A DNA stretch of 34,890 bases from the IMG/VR virus record IMGVR_UViG_3300032272_000045, positions 1-34,890 of that record, one strand, 5' to 3'. The notes under the pieces are model-generated. The model searched no databases and was not told where the DNA came from. It was given only the letters and a program-made list of their open reading frames with translations. Origin of the DNA: a virus (lineage: Duplodnaviria > Caudoviricetes). Both the position numbers and the translations under genes were made by a program. Each line of letters opens with the position of its first letter. Positions within the stretch are counted from its first letter, which is position 1. Below, one piece after another: positions 14,172 through 23,144 of this stretch.

Positions 14172-15923
14172 ATGCTATTAAAAACATTAAACTCAATCGT
14201 ATCAATTAATAAGGCTTTTACTAAAAAGTTCCATGATGAGGTCAAACGTAATCTTGATGATTATGAAGTTGTAAACTCAGGTGGTAAAAAAGTTGGTAAG
14301 AAGAACGGTGTCTATAACCGTCACGTTGCATCTAGCAGATATGACATGACTATTCCCTATATATTTGGAACACATGAATCAATGGTTTCATCATTCTTTG
14401 AGAATATGCCTGATCTAGTTATTAATGGTAGAACCTCAGAAACAGATAAAGTAGAGATATTAAAAGCAGCTTATGAATATCTTAAAGATAAAGCAGACCT
14501 AGACGAGTTCCTTACAGTAAGTGCTTGGTGGTTCTTCTTAGTAGGTTTTGTTAAAGCAGATATTGAATTTAAAGAAGAAATAGGTTCTTATGAACCACAA
14601 CTAGATGTTAATGGCGAGCCAATGTATGACGAAGAAGGTAATCCAGTAGAGATACCTGTCTATTCATTTAAAGACCCAATAGCCAGTGTTAAGAACCCTT
14701 TAAAAATATACTTCTCCCCTGACTCAGAGTTTAGTATTAATGGAGAAAATATCCCTAACTATATTGAAGAACGATTGGTAGATGTTGACGAGATTCAAGA
14801 AACATACGGTATTGAAGCTCAAGCAGATACAACACTTGATGTAGATGGTGTAGACAGTAAAGATGAAAGCTACCTTAAAAGAGCTAAAGTATTTTACTTC
14901 TATGGTAGAGTTCCTAGTTATGTTAAAGATGATTTAGAGGCTAAAGGGATTGAATGGAGTTATAAACAAAACTACAAGATCTACTTCACTAAAGAAGATT
15001 TACTATTAGTAGAACCAATTAATGAGAAGCCTTGTAAACTCTCAAGATTCTATGCCAATCAAAACAAATTCTTTGGCTTTGGTATTGGTAAAACACTAAG
15101 ACCATTTCAAGAGGATATGAGTGTTAGAAGATCACAACAAATAGCTTATGCAGATAGATTCGCTTTCCCATGGTTAGCAGTTCCTAATGACACTAAGGTA
15201 GATCAAAAAGCAATGCATGACTATCAAAAAAGAGTGCCAATTACTTATAGTGGAGACAAAGCTCCTGAATATATTACACCTCCACAAATGCCATCTGTTA
15301 TTACAGAAGCAGACAACTCATCAAGATCAGACGCTCAGTTCGTTTCAGGTACACTAGACATCTCTAAAGGTGCTCAACAAACTAACACTGTTAAGACAGC
15401 AACAGGACAACAACTATTTGCTCAATCACAAGACAAGAGACTTAATAAAGCTCGTAAATCTATTGCCAAATATTACAGAGAAACTGTTATTCAAATGTTT
15501 AAACTAGCTCGTGATAACTGGGGAGATGAAGCAAAACAAATTACCTACACATCAGATGATGGTGTTGAAAAAGATATTACAATCACAGCAGACCTATTAC
15601 AAGGAATTGACTTTGATAAAGATATTGACTTCAACCTAGATAACGTCTCAGTCAATCAAGATGTCATGTCACAAAGATGGATTAGTTTAATTGATACATC
15701 CCTACAAGTTCCAAGTGCAGATGTTGATAAGATCTATAAAAAAGTATTAAGAGATTCCTACAAGATCCAGAACCCAGAGTTTTACATGAAAGAAGGTCAA
15801 ATAGATCCTATGACTGGTATGCCAATGCAACCACCAATTGAAGGACAGCCACCAGTACAAAACCCAGAGACAGTACCAGCACCACAGCCATTAGGTAATA
15901 CACTAGCACCTCAACCATACTAA
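14172..15923 (+). CDS. portal protein
   Basis: 583 aa after terL; FFGFGIGKTLRPFQ and KTATG motifs; P/Q-rich tail typical of podoviral portals. Confidence 0.9.
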   Translation: MLLKTLNSIVSINKAFTKKFHDEVKRNLDDYEVVNSGGKKVGKKNGVYNRHVASSRYDMTIPYIFGTHESMVSSFFENMPDLVINGRTSETDKVEILKAAYEYLKDKADLDEFLTVSAWWFFLVGFVKADIEFKEEIGSYEPQLDVNGEPMYDEEGNPVEIPVYSFKDPIASVKNPLKIYFSPDSEFSINGENIPNYIEERLVDVDEIQETYGIEAQADTTLDVDGVDSKDESYLKRAKVFYFYGRVPSYVKDDLEAKGIEWSYKQNYKIYFTKEDLLLVEPINEKPCKLSRFYANQNKFFGFGIGKTLRPFQEDMSVRRSQQIAYADRFAFPWLAVPNDTKVDQKAMHDYQKRVPITYSGDKAPEYITPPQMPSVITEADNSSRSDAQFVSGTLDISKGAQQTNTVKTATGQQLFAQSQDKRLNKARKSIAKYYRETVIQMFKLARDNWGDEAKQITYTSDDGVEKDITITADLLQGIDFDKDIDFNLDNVSVNQDVMSQRWISLIDTSLQVPSADVDKIYKKVLRDSYKIQNPEFYMKEGQIDPMTGMPMQPPIEGQPPVQNPETVPAPQPLGNTLAPQPY

Positions 15924-15924
15924 T

Positions 15925-16188
15925 ATGAAATACGAACACAAAGGTAATGTAGCTTACACAGATAAAACAAAAGGTCTGTGGGATGTGTACGAGGATAGTA
16001 ATGGTAAATCGTCACTAACCGAACATAAACCAAAACTTATATGGGAATCCTGCAAAACAGAAGACCATGAATATAAACTAACTAATTCACGAAAAAGAGA
16101 ATGTATTTGTACTAAGTGTGGATTCATTACTACTTTTGTATTAGGTCTACAGCTATTAGTTGATGGAAAAATAGTCAATCTACGATAG
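15925..16188 (+). CDS. small Zn-binding protein
   Basis: C...H...CTKCG. Confidence 0.7.
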   Translation: MKYEHKGNVAYTDKTKGLWDVYEDSNGKSSLTEHKPKLIWESCKTEDHEYKLTNSRKRECICTKCGFITTFVLGLQLLVDGKIVNLR

Positions 16189-16191
16189 ATA

Positions 16192-16222
16192 AGTAAAGTT
16201 ACACCCAATTTCCTTTTATAAT
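16192..16222 (+). promoter_or_regulatory. late promoter candidate AGTAAAG-N18-TATAAT
   Basis: Upstream of scaffold/capsid; followed by a 5'UTR hairpin CTCAC-ATAA-GTGAG. Confidence 0.75.
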
Positions 16223-16278
16223 TAAATAAGACCAACTCACATAAGTGAGAGTCTATAGTTTATAGAAAGGAGCACGTC

Positions 16279-17127
16279 ATGACTGACACTCCATTTAAAG
16301 ATGTTGCAGAAGAAGCAATGTCTGAAACAGTCGAAGTAGAAGCTAAAGCTGAAACTCCAGAAGTTCAACCTGACGCACAGGTAGAACCAAAAGAGGAAAC
16401 TCAGGAAGAAACTTTTACAGAGAAAACCGATCTAACAGGTAAAACACCTGAGCAATTGGAGGAAACCTACCAAAATTGGCAGAAAGCGTACACTGCCAAA
16501 AGACAGAAGGAGACTCAAGAGCTTAAAGAGTACCAAGCAAAGATCGCAGAGTTAGAGAAGCGTGTAACTACACCACCACCAGCACCTAAAGCTGATGTTG
16601 ATGGTCTTGAGCAAAGAGCTCGTGAACAGGTTGAATTAGGTAATATGTCCGTTCAACAGTACACAGAGTATATGCAGTCATTAATGGCTGAACAAGCAAG
16701 GGAAGTAGCACGTGAAGAGTACCAAACAATGATCTCACAAGAGCGTGAAGAAGGATTAGCTAACAAAGCTTTAGAGCAATTTGAAGCAACAGATAGCAGA
16801 TTAAATCAACACGCACCAGAATTTGACGAGTCATTTAAGAACGAGGTTCAACGAGAGTTAGCTGAATTATTAGATGAACACTTAGAAGAAACTGGCAGTT
16901 ATCAAGGGTTTGATGCTCAATCTTTAACTAAACAAATCGTAGAACGTAGAGATAAAGCTCTAGACGATATTATTAAAAAACGAACAATACAAAGCACTCA
17001 AGCTGCTAAGATGAGAGAAGCTAAAGCTAAAAAGTCTCAGGTTAGAGGTAGTTCACAAGATGGTCAATCAATCAGTGGAAACTCTATTAGAGGTATTTTA
17101 TCTGAAGCAATGGATTCAGCTGCTTAG
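16279..17127 (+). CDS. capsid scaffolding protein
   Basis: Acidic N-terminus, QKAYTAKRQ motif, coiled coil; directly before the capsid gene. Confidence 0.85.
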   Translation: MTDTPFKDVAEEAMSETVEVEAKAETPEVQPDAQVEPKEETQEETFTEKTDLTGKTPEQLEETYQNWQKAYTAKRQKETQELKEYQAKIAELEKRVTTPPPAPKADVDGLEQRAREQVELGNMSVQQYTEYMQSLMAEQAREVAREEYQTMISQEREEGLANKALEQFEATDSRLNQHAPEFDESFKNEVQRELAELLDEHLEETGSYQGFDAQSLTKQIVERRDKALDDIIKKRTIQSTQAAKMREAKAKKSQVRGSSQDGQSISGNSIRGILSEAMDSAA

Positions 17128-17142
17128 TGTAGAAAGAAAATT

Positions 17143-18099
17143 ATGCCAACATGGAATGTCGGACAAACTCTTGCTGCAGCAATGCCAAAGTTTGAAAAAA
17201 CCTTCAAAGATCAAGTCTTTGATGAAACAGTATTATTAAACTACCTTAAAAACAACGGTGGTATTGAAACCAAAGATGGTGGAGCTAATTACATCCAAGT
17301 GCCTGTTATGCATGCAACTGGAACAAGTGAATGGTTTTCTGGAACTGACTCACTAGATGTCACACCAGTTGACACCCTTGATGCAGCACAATACTACTGG
17401 AGAAATTTAAACGCTTCTATCGTTATTACGCTTGAAGATGAGTTAAACAACACAGGTAAAGAGCAAATCATTGATCTTTTAGATGCAAAAATCATGCAAG
17501 CTAAACTCACTATCGCTGATAACTTGAATTCTTCACTTTATACAGGAACAGGTGCAGAAGCTCGTAAAAAGATCGTTGGACTTCAAACTCTAGTAGACAC
17601 TGGAACAGTTGGTGGTATCGCAGGTGGTACTTACACTGATTGGCAAGCATACGAAGAGAACACAGCAACAGCTTTAACTATTGCTCAAATGAAGACAGCT
17701 CGTAACACTATTAACCAAGGTAAAGGTGGTAGCCCAGTTAAATTTATCGTAACTACTCAAACATTGTTTGAAAAATACGAATCTCTTTTAACTCCAACCT
17801 ATCAAATGGACCCGTTGGTTAGAAGTAAAGAAGCAGAACGTCTAGGAGATGTCGGTTTCACAGCATTATCATATGCAGGTGTTCCAATCTCTTTTGACTT
17901 AGATGTACCAGCAGGAGAGATGTACTTCTTAAATGCTGATAACTTGAAGCTTTACGTACACAGTATGGCTAACAACAAAATGACTGAATCCAACTCACCA
18001 GTTGATCAGCACGTTGCTGTAAGACATATCGTTATGAGATGTGCTTTAGGTACTAACAGAAGAAAATCATTAGGTAAATTAACTGCTAAAACAGCATAG
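17143..18099 (+). CDS. major capsid protein
   Basis: 318 aa; position after scaffold; HK97-fold-like segments (QIIDLLDAKIMQA, YAGVPISFD, MYFLN). Confidence 0.92.
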   Translation: MPTWNVGQTLAAAMPKFEKTFKDQVFDETVLLNYLKNNGGIETKDGGANYIQVPVMHATGTSEWFSGTDSLDVTPVDTLDAAQYYWRNLNASIVITLEDELNNTGKEQIIDLLDAKIMQAKLTIADNLNSSLYTGTGAEARKKIVGLQTLVDTGTVGGIAGGTYTDWQAYEENTATALTIAQMKTARNTINQGKGGSPVKFIVTTQTLFEKYESLLTPTYQMDPLVRSKEAERLGDVGFTALSYAGVPISFDLDVPAGEMYFLNADNLKLYVHSMANNKMTESNSPVDQHVAVRHIVMRCALGTNRRKSLGKLTAKTA

Positions 18100-18114
18100 T
18101 TAATAATATTTATC

Positions 18115-18136
18115 GGGAGGGTGTAAAATCCCTCCC
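18115..18136 (+). promoter_or_regulatory. GC-rich hairpin after the capsid gene
   Basis: GGGAGGG-N8-CCCTCCC without a U-tract; probably a stability or partial-termination element. Confidence 0.6.
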
Positions 18137-18156
18137 ATAAAAGAAAGAAGAAATAT

Positions 18157-18621
18157 ATGGCATACGTAACAAACAGAACAGTACCAGCAGGTGCTTTAAC
18201 AAATGTTGATACAGAAGCAAAATATGGTGTAGGAGAAATTGTTGCTGATGAAAACGGCAATCAATACATCTATGGTATCGGTGTAGCATCATGTGTAGAA
18301 GGATCATGGGTTTCCCTTGACGAAGAAGCACAAGCAAGTCTTTTAGCAGCTAATGCTAAAGGCAGAGTCGGAATCGCTATGGGAGCAATCGTTGCTTCAA
18401 CATGGGGATTCTTCCAAGTATACGGTAAGAGTGTAACAGCTCTTGCACTAACAGGTTTTGCAGATAATGCAGACTGTTACGCAACAGCAACAGCAGGGTC
18501 AGTTGATGACGCTATCGTTGCAGGTGATCGTGTTAAAGGTGCAATCGGTAGAAGTGCAGTCTCAGGTGGAGTTATCACTGTAGAACTTAACTTCCCAATC
18601 GTTGACGATATGGCTGACTAG
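18157..18621 (+). CDS. capsid decoration/minor head protein
   Basis: G/A-rich beta protein following the major capsid gene. Confidence 0.7.
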   Translation: MAYVTNRTVPAGALTNVDTEAKYGVGEIVADENGNQYIYGIGVASCVEGSWVSLDEEAQASLLAANAKGRVGIAMGAIVASTWGFFQVYGKSVTALALTGFADNADCYATATAGSVDDAIVAGDRVKGAIGRSAVSGGVITVELNFPIVDDMAD

Positions 18622-18644
18622 AGTACTAGACAGTTAAAACAAAT

Positions 18645-18675
18645 AAAGCCTCAGCTTAATAACTGGGGCTTTTTT
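18645..18675 (+). terminator. intrinsic terminator of the head operon
   Basis: AAAGCCTCAG...CTGGGGCTTTTTT. Confidence 0.85.
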
Positions 18676-18691
18676 GATGTACAATAGTATT

Positions 18692-18889
18692 ATGAAAAAA
18701 TATTTAAATAAAAATGGTATTAATTGTGCAACTGTTTTAATAAATGGTAAAACTTATTTCACAGGATATGATAAAACAAAACCATTTACATATAATGGAC
18801 AAGAAGTTTATCCACCAATTAAAAGATTTGAAAATGATTATTATTTTGAATTAATAGATGATTCTTATTTAAGCTGGGTAAAAATATAA
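18692..18889 (+). CDS. 65-aa AT-rich moron-like gene (leaderless)
   Basis: TACAAT-N6-ATG; sits between a terminator and the next late promoter. Confidence 0.65.
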   Translation: MKKYLNKNGINCATVLINGKTYFTGYDKTKPFTYNGQEVYPPIKRFENDYYFELIDDSYLSWVKI

Positions 18890-18892
18890 ATT

Positions 18893-18923
18893 AGTAAAGA
18901 TTATACTCAACCTCTTCTATAAT
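18893..18923 (+). promoter_or_regulatory. late promoter candidate AGTAAAG-N18-TATAAT
   Basis: Upstream of the tail operon. Confidence 0.75.
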
Positions 18924-18950
18924 AAATATATAAGTAGAAAAAGGATTTAT

Positions 18951-19373
18951 ATGAACTTTATTGATTATGCAAAAAAAGCACAAGGTAACATAAACACAAT
19001 TGTTGCAAAACTAGATAAAAGAGAAGCTGAAATAGAAACAAAAGCCTCAGAAGTAGCTGGAGAACTAGCTAGAGCAGTTAAAAAGACTAAAGAACTCAAT
19101 AAAAAAGAAAGAGAACTTCTAGCAAGAGAAGAAGAAGTAAGTCGTAGAGAAATTAACGCAAGAAGAGACTCAGACCTAAAAGCAGACCTACAACAGGCTA
19201 TTTTAGAGAGGACAAACGCTTCTAAGGTACTAAAACAGGCTTCAGAAGAAAAAGACGTAGCTAAACGAGCACTCGAAGAGTTATCTAAAAGAGAATTAGC
19301 TTTATCTGAACGAGAAAAGACTTATAAGAGTGAAATTAAAGAACAAATTGCTAGTAAGATGTTAGGAATTTAG
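18951..19373 (+). CDS. coiled-coil protein
   Basis: E/K/R-rich heptads. Confidence 0.8.
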   Translation: MNFIDYAKKAQGNINTIVAKLDKREAEIETKASEVAGELARAVKKTKELNKKERELLAREEEVSRREINARRDSDLKADLQQAILERTNASKVLKQASEEKDVAKRALEELSKRELALSEREKTYKSEIKEQIASKMLGI

Positions 19374-19384
19374 AAAGGTAGCCA

Positions 19385-20044
19385 ATGTCAGCAACTACCA
19401 CACTAACTCAAATACTAACAAAGATTTCTTATAGACTCGGAGAGGATTCTGCACCAAGTGGAACTGAAAAAACTAGAAGAATCCAATTTATAAATGAGGG
19501 TGGTAAATCTATAGTAAGAAAGCACTACTGGTGGTGGACAGAAGAGTCTATTACTTTTAATAGTGTTGCCAATCAAGAAAGCTACAGTTCTGTTGATGGA
19601 TTTCCTAGTGATATTAGAGGAACTTCTATCCTAGAATTAAGATACTCAGGTACTCTATATACACCAACAACTCAAACAATAGCTTTCTCACTAACTAATT
19701 CAGACTATTCAGGACTTTCAGAAAATTACTTTATATTTGATGGATCACTATACCCAGTGCCAGTATTTGGTGCTAGTACAACAAACGCTGTATCTATGAA
19801 GTATTATAAAACATGGACTGATTTAAGTTCCGACAGTGATATTTGTATTATTGATGATGATTTTGTTGATATATTAGTTGCCTTTGCCCTAGCCCGAGTA
19901 CATAAAATTAGTGGAAAGAGAGGAAGTGCTGCAGATGCATTTGATGAGTTTAATGAGATTTACAAAGAAATGAGTATGGAACAAAACAACTACTTATTTG
20001 CACTAAAATCTGATGAATCATCCGAAGTCGCACTATATCCATAA
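19385..20044 (+). CDS. head-tail adaptor
   Basis: N-terminal helices (RRIQFINEG...WWW), central beta region, C-terminal DILVAFALAR; precedes the nozzle. Confidence 0.8.
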   Translation: MSATTTLTQILTKISYRLGEDSAPSGTEKTRRIQFINEGGKSIVRKHYWWWTEESITFNSVANQESYSSVDGFPSDIRGTSILELRYSGTLYTPTTQTIAFSLTNSDYSGLSENYFIFDGSLYPVPVFGASTTNAVSMKYYKTWTDLSSDSDICIIDDDFVDILVAFALARVHKISGKRGSAADAFDEFNEIYKEMSMEQNNYLFALKSDESSEVALYP

Positions 20045-21981
20045 TGCCTAGAATTAAAAATGATATAAGAGATCCAAAGATTGACACAGAAATAGTCACA
20101 TCTTTTTTAGGTGGTCTTAACACTTTTCAAGACGAATCAGTCTTAAAAGACTCTGAACTTTCAGAAGCTAAAAATATTCTTCTAGCAGTTGACGGTATTG
20201 AGCCTCGTCCTGGAACATCAGACTACGGTACTACTAGTGGCGATAAAGTTATTGGCTTATTTGGTTACTATAAATCAGATGGAACAAGACAGTTTTTACG
20301 CTATACAACAGGACTTAATAACAAACTACAAAAATATGTTAGTGGAACTCCAACAGATATAGGATCAGCAACATTTGATTCAACAGCAAGAATGAACTTC
20401 GTTCAAGCAAGAGATGAAGTATATGGTTTTAATGGTGTGGATAACTTGTGGAAATATGACGGTACTACTATCACTGAGTACACAGCTCTAACCACTCCAG
20501 TAAATCTTACAGTTACCCCAACAGGTACTACAGGATCAACAACATACTCCTATAGAGTTAGTGCTTTTAACTCAATTGGAGAAACATTAGCTATAACAAC
20601 AGTCAACACAGCAACAGGAAATTCAACACTATCAGCAACTAACTATAACGCTCTAGCTTGGGACGCTGTTCCTGGTGCAACTGGGTATAATATTTGGGGC
20701 AGATATGCAACAGGTTTAGGCGAAACTTATATGGGTACAGTCTATGGAGTAGTTGTTTATAATGACAAAGGACAAGATACACCAAGTCTTTCACTACTAC
20801 CACCAGAAGCTAATAATACAGCTGGTGTTAAGGGAACAATGGCAGAGTTTGCTATTTCTCGTATCTTTACAGCAGGAGACCCAGATTATCCATCTAGATT
20901 ATCTTTTGGAGGAACTGGTACTAATTTAGGTAACTTTTCAGGAAGTTCAGTTGGTGGTGGTTCTGTAGATATTTTCAGGAATGACGGAGCTATTATAAGA
21001 GCTATCAAACCATTTCAAGGTGGAGTTATTGTTTGGAAAGATAACGCTATTTATAAATTTAGCTTCACAGATTCAGGACTACAGAAGTTAGAAGAAATTA
21101 CTAGATCTTTTGGAGGTATCTCATATAGAGGTGTTCTAGCAGTTGAGAATGATATTATATTCCCAGCTAAAAAAGACGGTAGACTAGCCTTCTACTCACT
21201 AGGAAACCAAGAAAACTACGCATCTACAGTGCTTAGAACTAACGAACTATCAATTAAAGTAGCTTCTAAACTCACAGAGGTTGACCCTAATTATCTAGAA
21301 AACGCAACAGCTTTCTACTTTAACAATGTATATGGTTGTGCAATAACTAAGAACGGATCTACAACTAATGATCGTATTTGGTGTTTAGACACTAGATTTG
21401 GTGCATGGGTTTACTGGGAAGGTATTACACCTAATTGTTTCTCTACATTTATCGATACAGATGGCACAGAATACTTATACTACGGAGATGAAGGTTCTGG
21501 TTTAGTTAAGAAGATGTTTGAAGAAACTAGAGCAGATAGTGGAGCACCAATTAGTGTTCAATGGGCAACAAAAGCATTTAACCAGAAAGTCTTTTTAAAG
21601 TATAAAGAATACTACGACCCAACCTTTCAATTCAAGAATGTTATTACATCAGGAGCTCTATCAGGAGACATCATTTTAGATGGTGTCATAGTTGAAGCAA
21701 CTTTTACTATCAATCAGCAATCAACAGGTGGAGCAGGTGTGGGTGCTACAATGGTAGGTTTTACACTACCAGGAGATGCTCCAAATGGAACTAATTTAGA
21801 CTCAGCAGCTTCATCAGATATTATAGTTGAGGTAAAAACAGTTAAACAAGCACGTTCAATTAAATATCAATTCAGGTCAAACTCAGCAACAGCAAGATAT
21901 AAATTTCTATCAGTAGCTAACACATATATGGTTCTAGCAGATAAACCATTGAAGTCTACAAGTAGAGTCTATATAGCGTAA
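20044..21981 (+). CDS. tail nozzle / DNA-stabilisation protein with Fn3-like insert
   Basis: FLGGLN start, beta-propeller-like segments, TYSYRVSAFNSIGET. Confidence 0.85.
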   Translation: MPRIKNDIRDPKIDTEIVTSFLGGLNTFQDESVLKDSELSEAKNILLAVDGIEPRPGTSDYGTTSGDKVIGLFGYYKSDGTRQFLRYTTGLNNKLQKYVSGTPTDIGSATFDSTARMNFVQARDEVYGFNGVDNLWKYDGTTITEYTALTTPVNLTVTPTGTTGSTTYSYRVSAFNSIGETLAITTVNTATGNSTLSATNYNALAWDAVPGATGYNIWGRYATGLGETYMGTVYGVVVYNDKGQDTPSLSLLPPEANNTAGVKGTMAEFAISRIFTAGDPDYPSRLSFGGTGTNLGNFSGSSVGGGSVDIFRNDGAIIRAIKPFQGGVIVWKDNAIYKFSFTDSGLQKLEEITRSFGGISYRGVLAVENDIIFPAKKDGRLAFYSLGNQENYASTVLRTNELSIKVASKLTEVDPNYLENATAFYFNNVYGCAITKNGSTTNDRIWCLDTRFGAWVYWEGITPNCFSTFIDTDGTEYLYYGDEGSGLVKKMFEETRADSGAPISVQWATKAFNQKVFLKYKEYYDPTFQFKNVITSGALSGDIILDGVIVEATFTINQQSTGGAGVGATMVGFTLPGDAPNGTNLDSAASSDIIVEVKTVKQARSIKYQFRSNSATARYKFLSVANTYMVLADKPLKSTSRVYIA

Positions 21982-22011
21982 GTAAAGAATTAACACTAAA
22001 AATAGGATAAT
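21981..22011 (+). promoter_or_regulatory. late promoter candidate AGTAAAG-N18-GATAAT (fibre, leaderless)
   Basis: Fourth copy; ATG 6 nt after the -10. Confidence 0.65.
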
Positions 22012-22017
22012 GAATAT

Positions 22018-23097
22018 ATGGCAAATGCATACTTTTTAAATCAATACTTCACTACAACTCTTAACGTAGGTGGTGGAATAGACGCATCACAAACAACAGG
22101 AATTATTATTACTGATGTTTCTGGAATAGATACAACTAAACCAGGAGTTATGTTAATTAACTATTCAGATCCTTTAAGCACAACATTAGCAGAATGGGTA
22201 ACTTATACATCTATTAACGGCTCTAAGGAACTACAAGGTGTCACAAGAGGTGCAGAAGGTTATTCAGCTAAAGCACATGATAATAGTGTTGCAGTAGCTT
22301 TTCCTTTAAGTGAAAGTCATGTTAATAACTTGGCAACAGCTCTTTCAATTGGTGGTGTATTTACTAATGCAGTAACTACAACTCTTGATGAAGATACAAT
22401 GAGTAGTGATAGTGCTACAGCTTTAGCAACTCAACAAAGTATTAAGGCTTATGTAGACACAGAGGTAGCAGGAGCAGGTTCAACAGATGGATGGACTACA
22501 TCCTCAGATACATGGGTATATGCAAGTGCTTCTACATTTACAATTGCAGGAGTAGACAGAACAACAACATTTACAAAAGGAACTAGAATTAAATTCACTC
22601 AATCGGCTACAGTTAAATATGGCGTAGTTGTTTCAAGTGCATTCACTACAGATACAACAGTAACTATTGCAGTAAATACAGACTACACGATTGCAAACGC
22701 AGCAATATCAGCACCATTTTACTCATATCAAGCTAATCCACAAGGTTATCCAGGTATATTTAATTTTTCAGAAACATGGGGAGGTTTTTCTACTCCTCCA
22801 AGTGGTGGATATTGTTCATATAGTATCGTTGGAAGAATGTGTACTTTTCAAATATATAGAAGCACTGGAACAAGTAATGCAACTTCTACCACAGCAACAC
22901 TTCCAGTACCAGCAATTGGCGACCAACATTTTAATGGTATTTCTTTTGATAATGGAGCATATCAAATATATTCTGGTGCAGCATATATAGCAAATTTATC
23001 ATCAACAATAAATTTTTATAAAGCAACAGATCAAGTAAATGATTGGACTGCAAGTGGTTCTAAAACTTGGTTTGGAACAGTTACTTATAAAATTTAA
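22018..23097 (+). CDS. tail fibre / receptor-binding protein
   Basis: T/S/G-rich; VTRGAEG anchor region, SATALATQQSIKAYVD fibre motif, C-terminal beta-sandwich. Confidence 0.85.
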   Translation: MANAYFLNQYFTTTLNVGGGIDASQTTGIIITDVSGIDTTKPGVMLINYSDPLSTTLAEWVTYTSINGSKELQGVTRGAEGYSAKAHDNSVAVAFPLSESHVNNLATALSIGGVFTNAVTTTLDEDTMSSDSATALATQQSIKAYVDTEVAGAGSTDGWTTSSDTWVYASASTFTIAGVDRTTTFTKGTRIKFTQSATVKYGVVVSSAFTTDTTVTIAVNTDYTIANAAISAPFYSYQANPQGYPGIFNFSETWGGFSTPPSGGYCSYSIVGRMCTFQIYRSTGTSNATSTTATLPVPAIGDQHFNGISFDNGAYQIYSGAAYIANLSSTINFYKATDQVNDWTASGSKTWFGTVTYKI

Positions 23098-23144
23098 TTA
23101 AACAAACATTGATAACCTAATACATATAGATAAATAAGGAAATT

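Noticed and set aside
22018-23097. Diversity-generating retroelement acting on the tail fibre
   Set aside because: No reverse transcriptase and no template/variable repeat pair with adenine-specific mismatches were seen.
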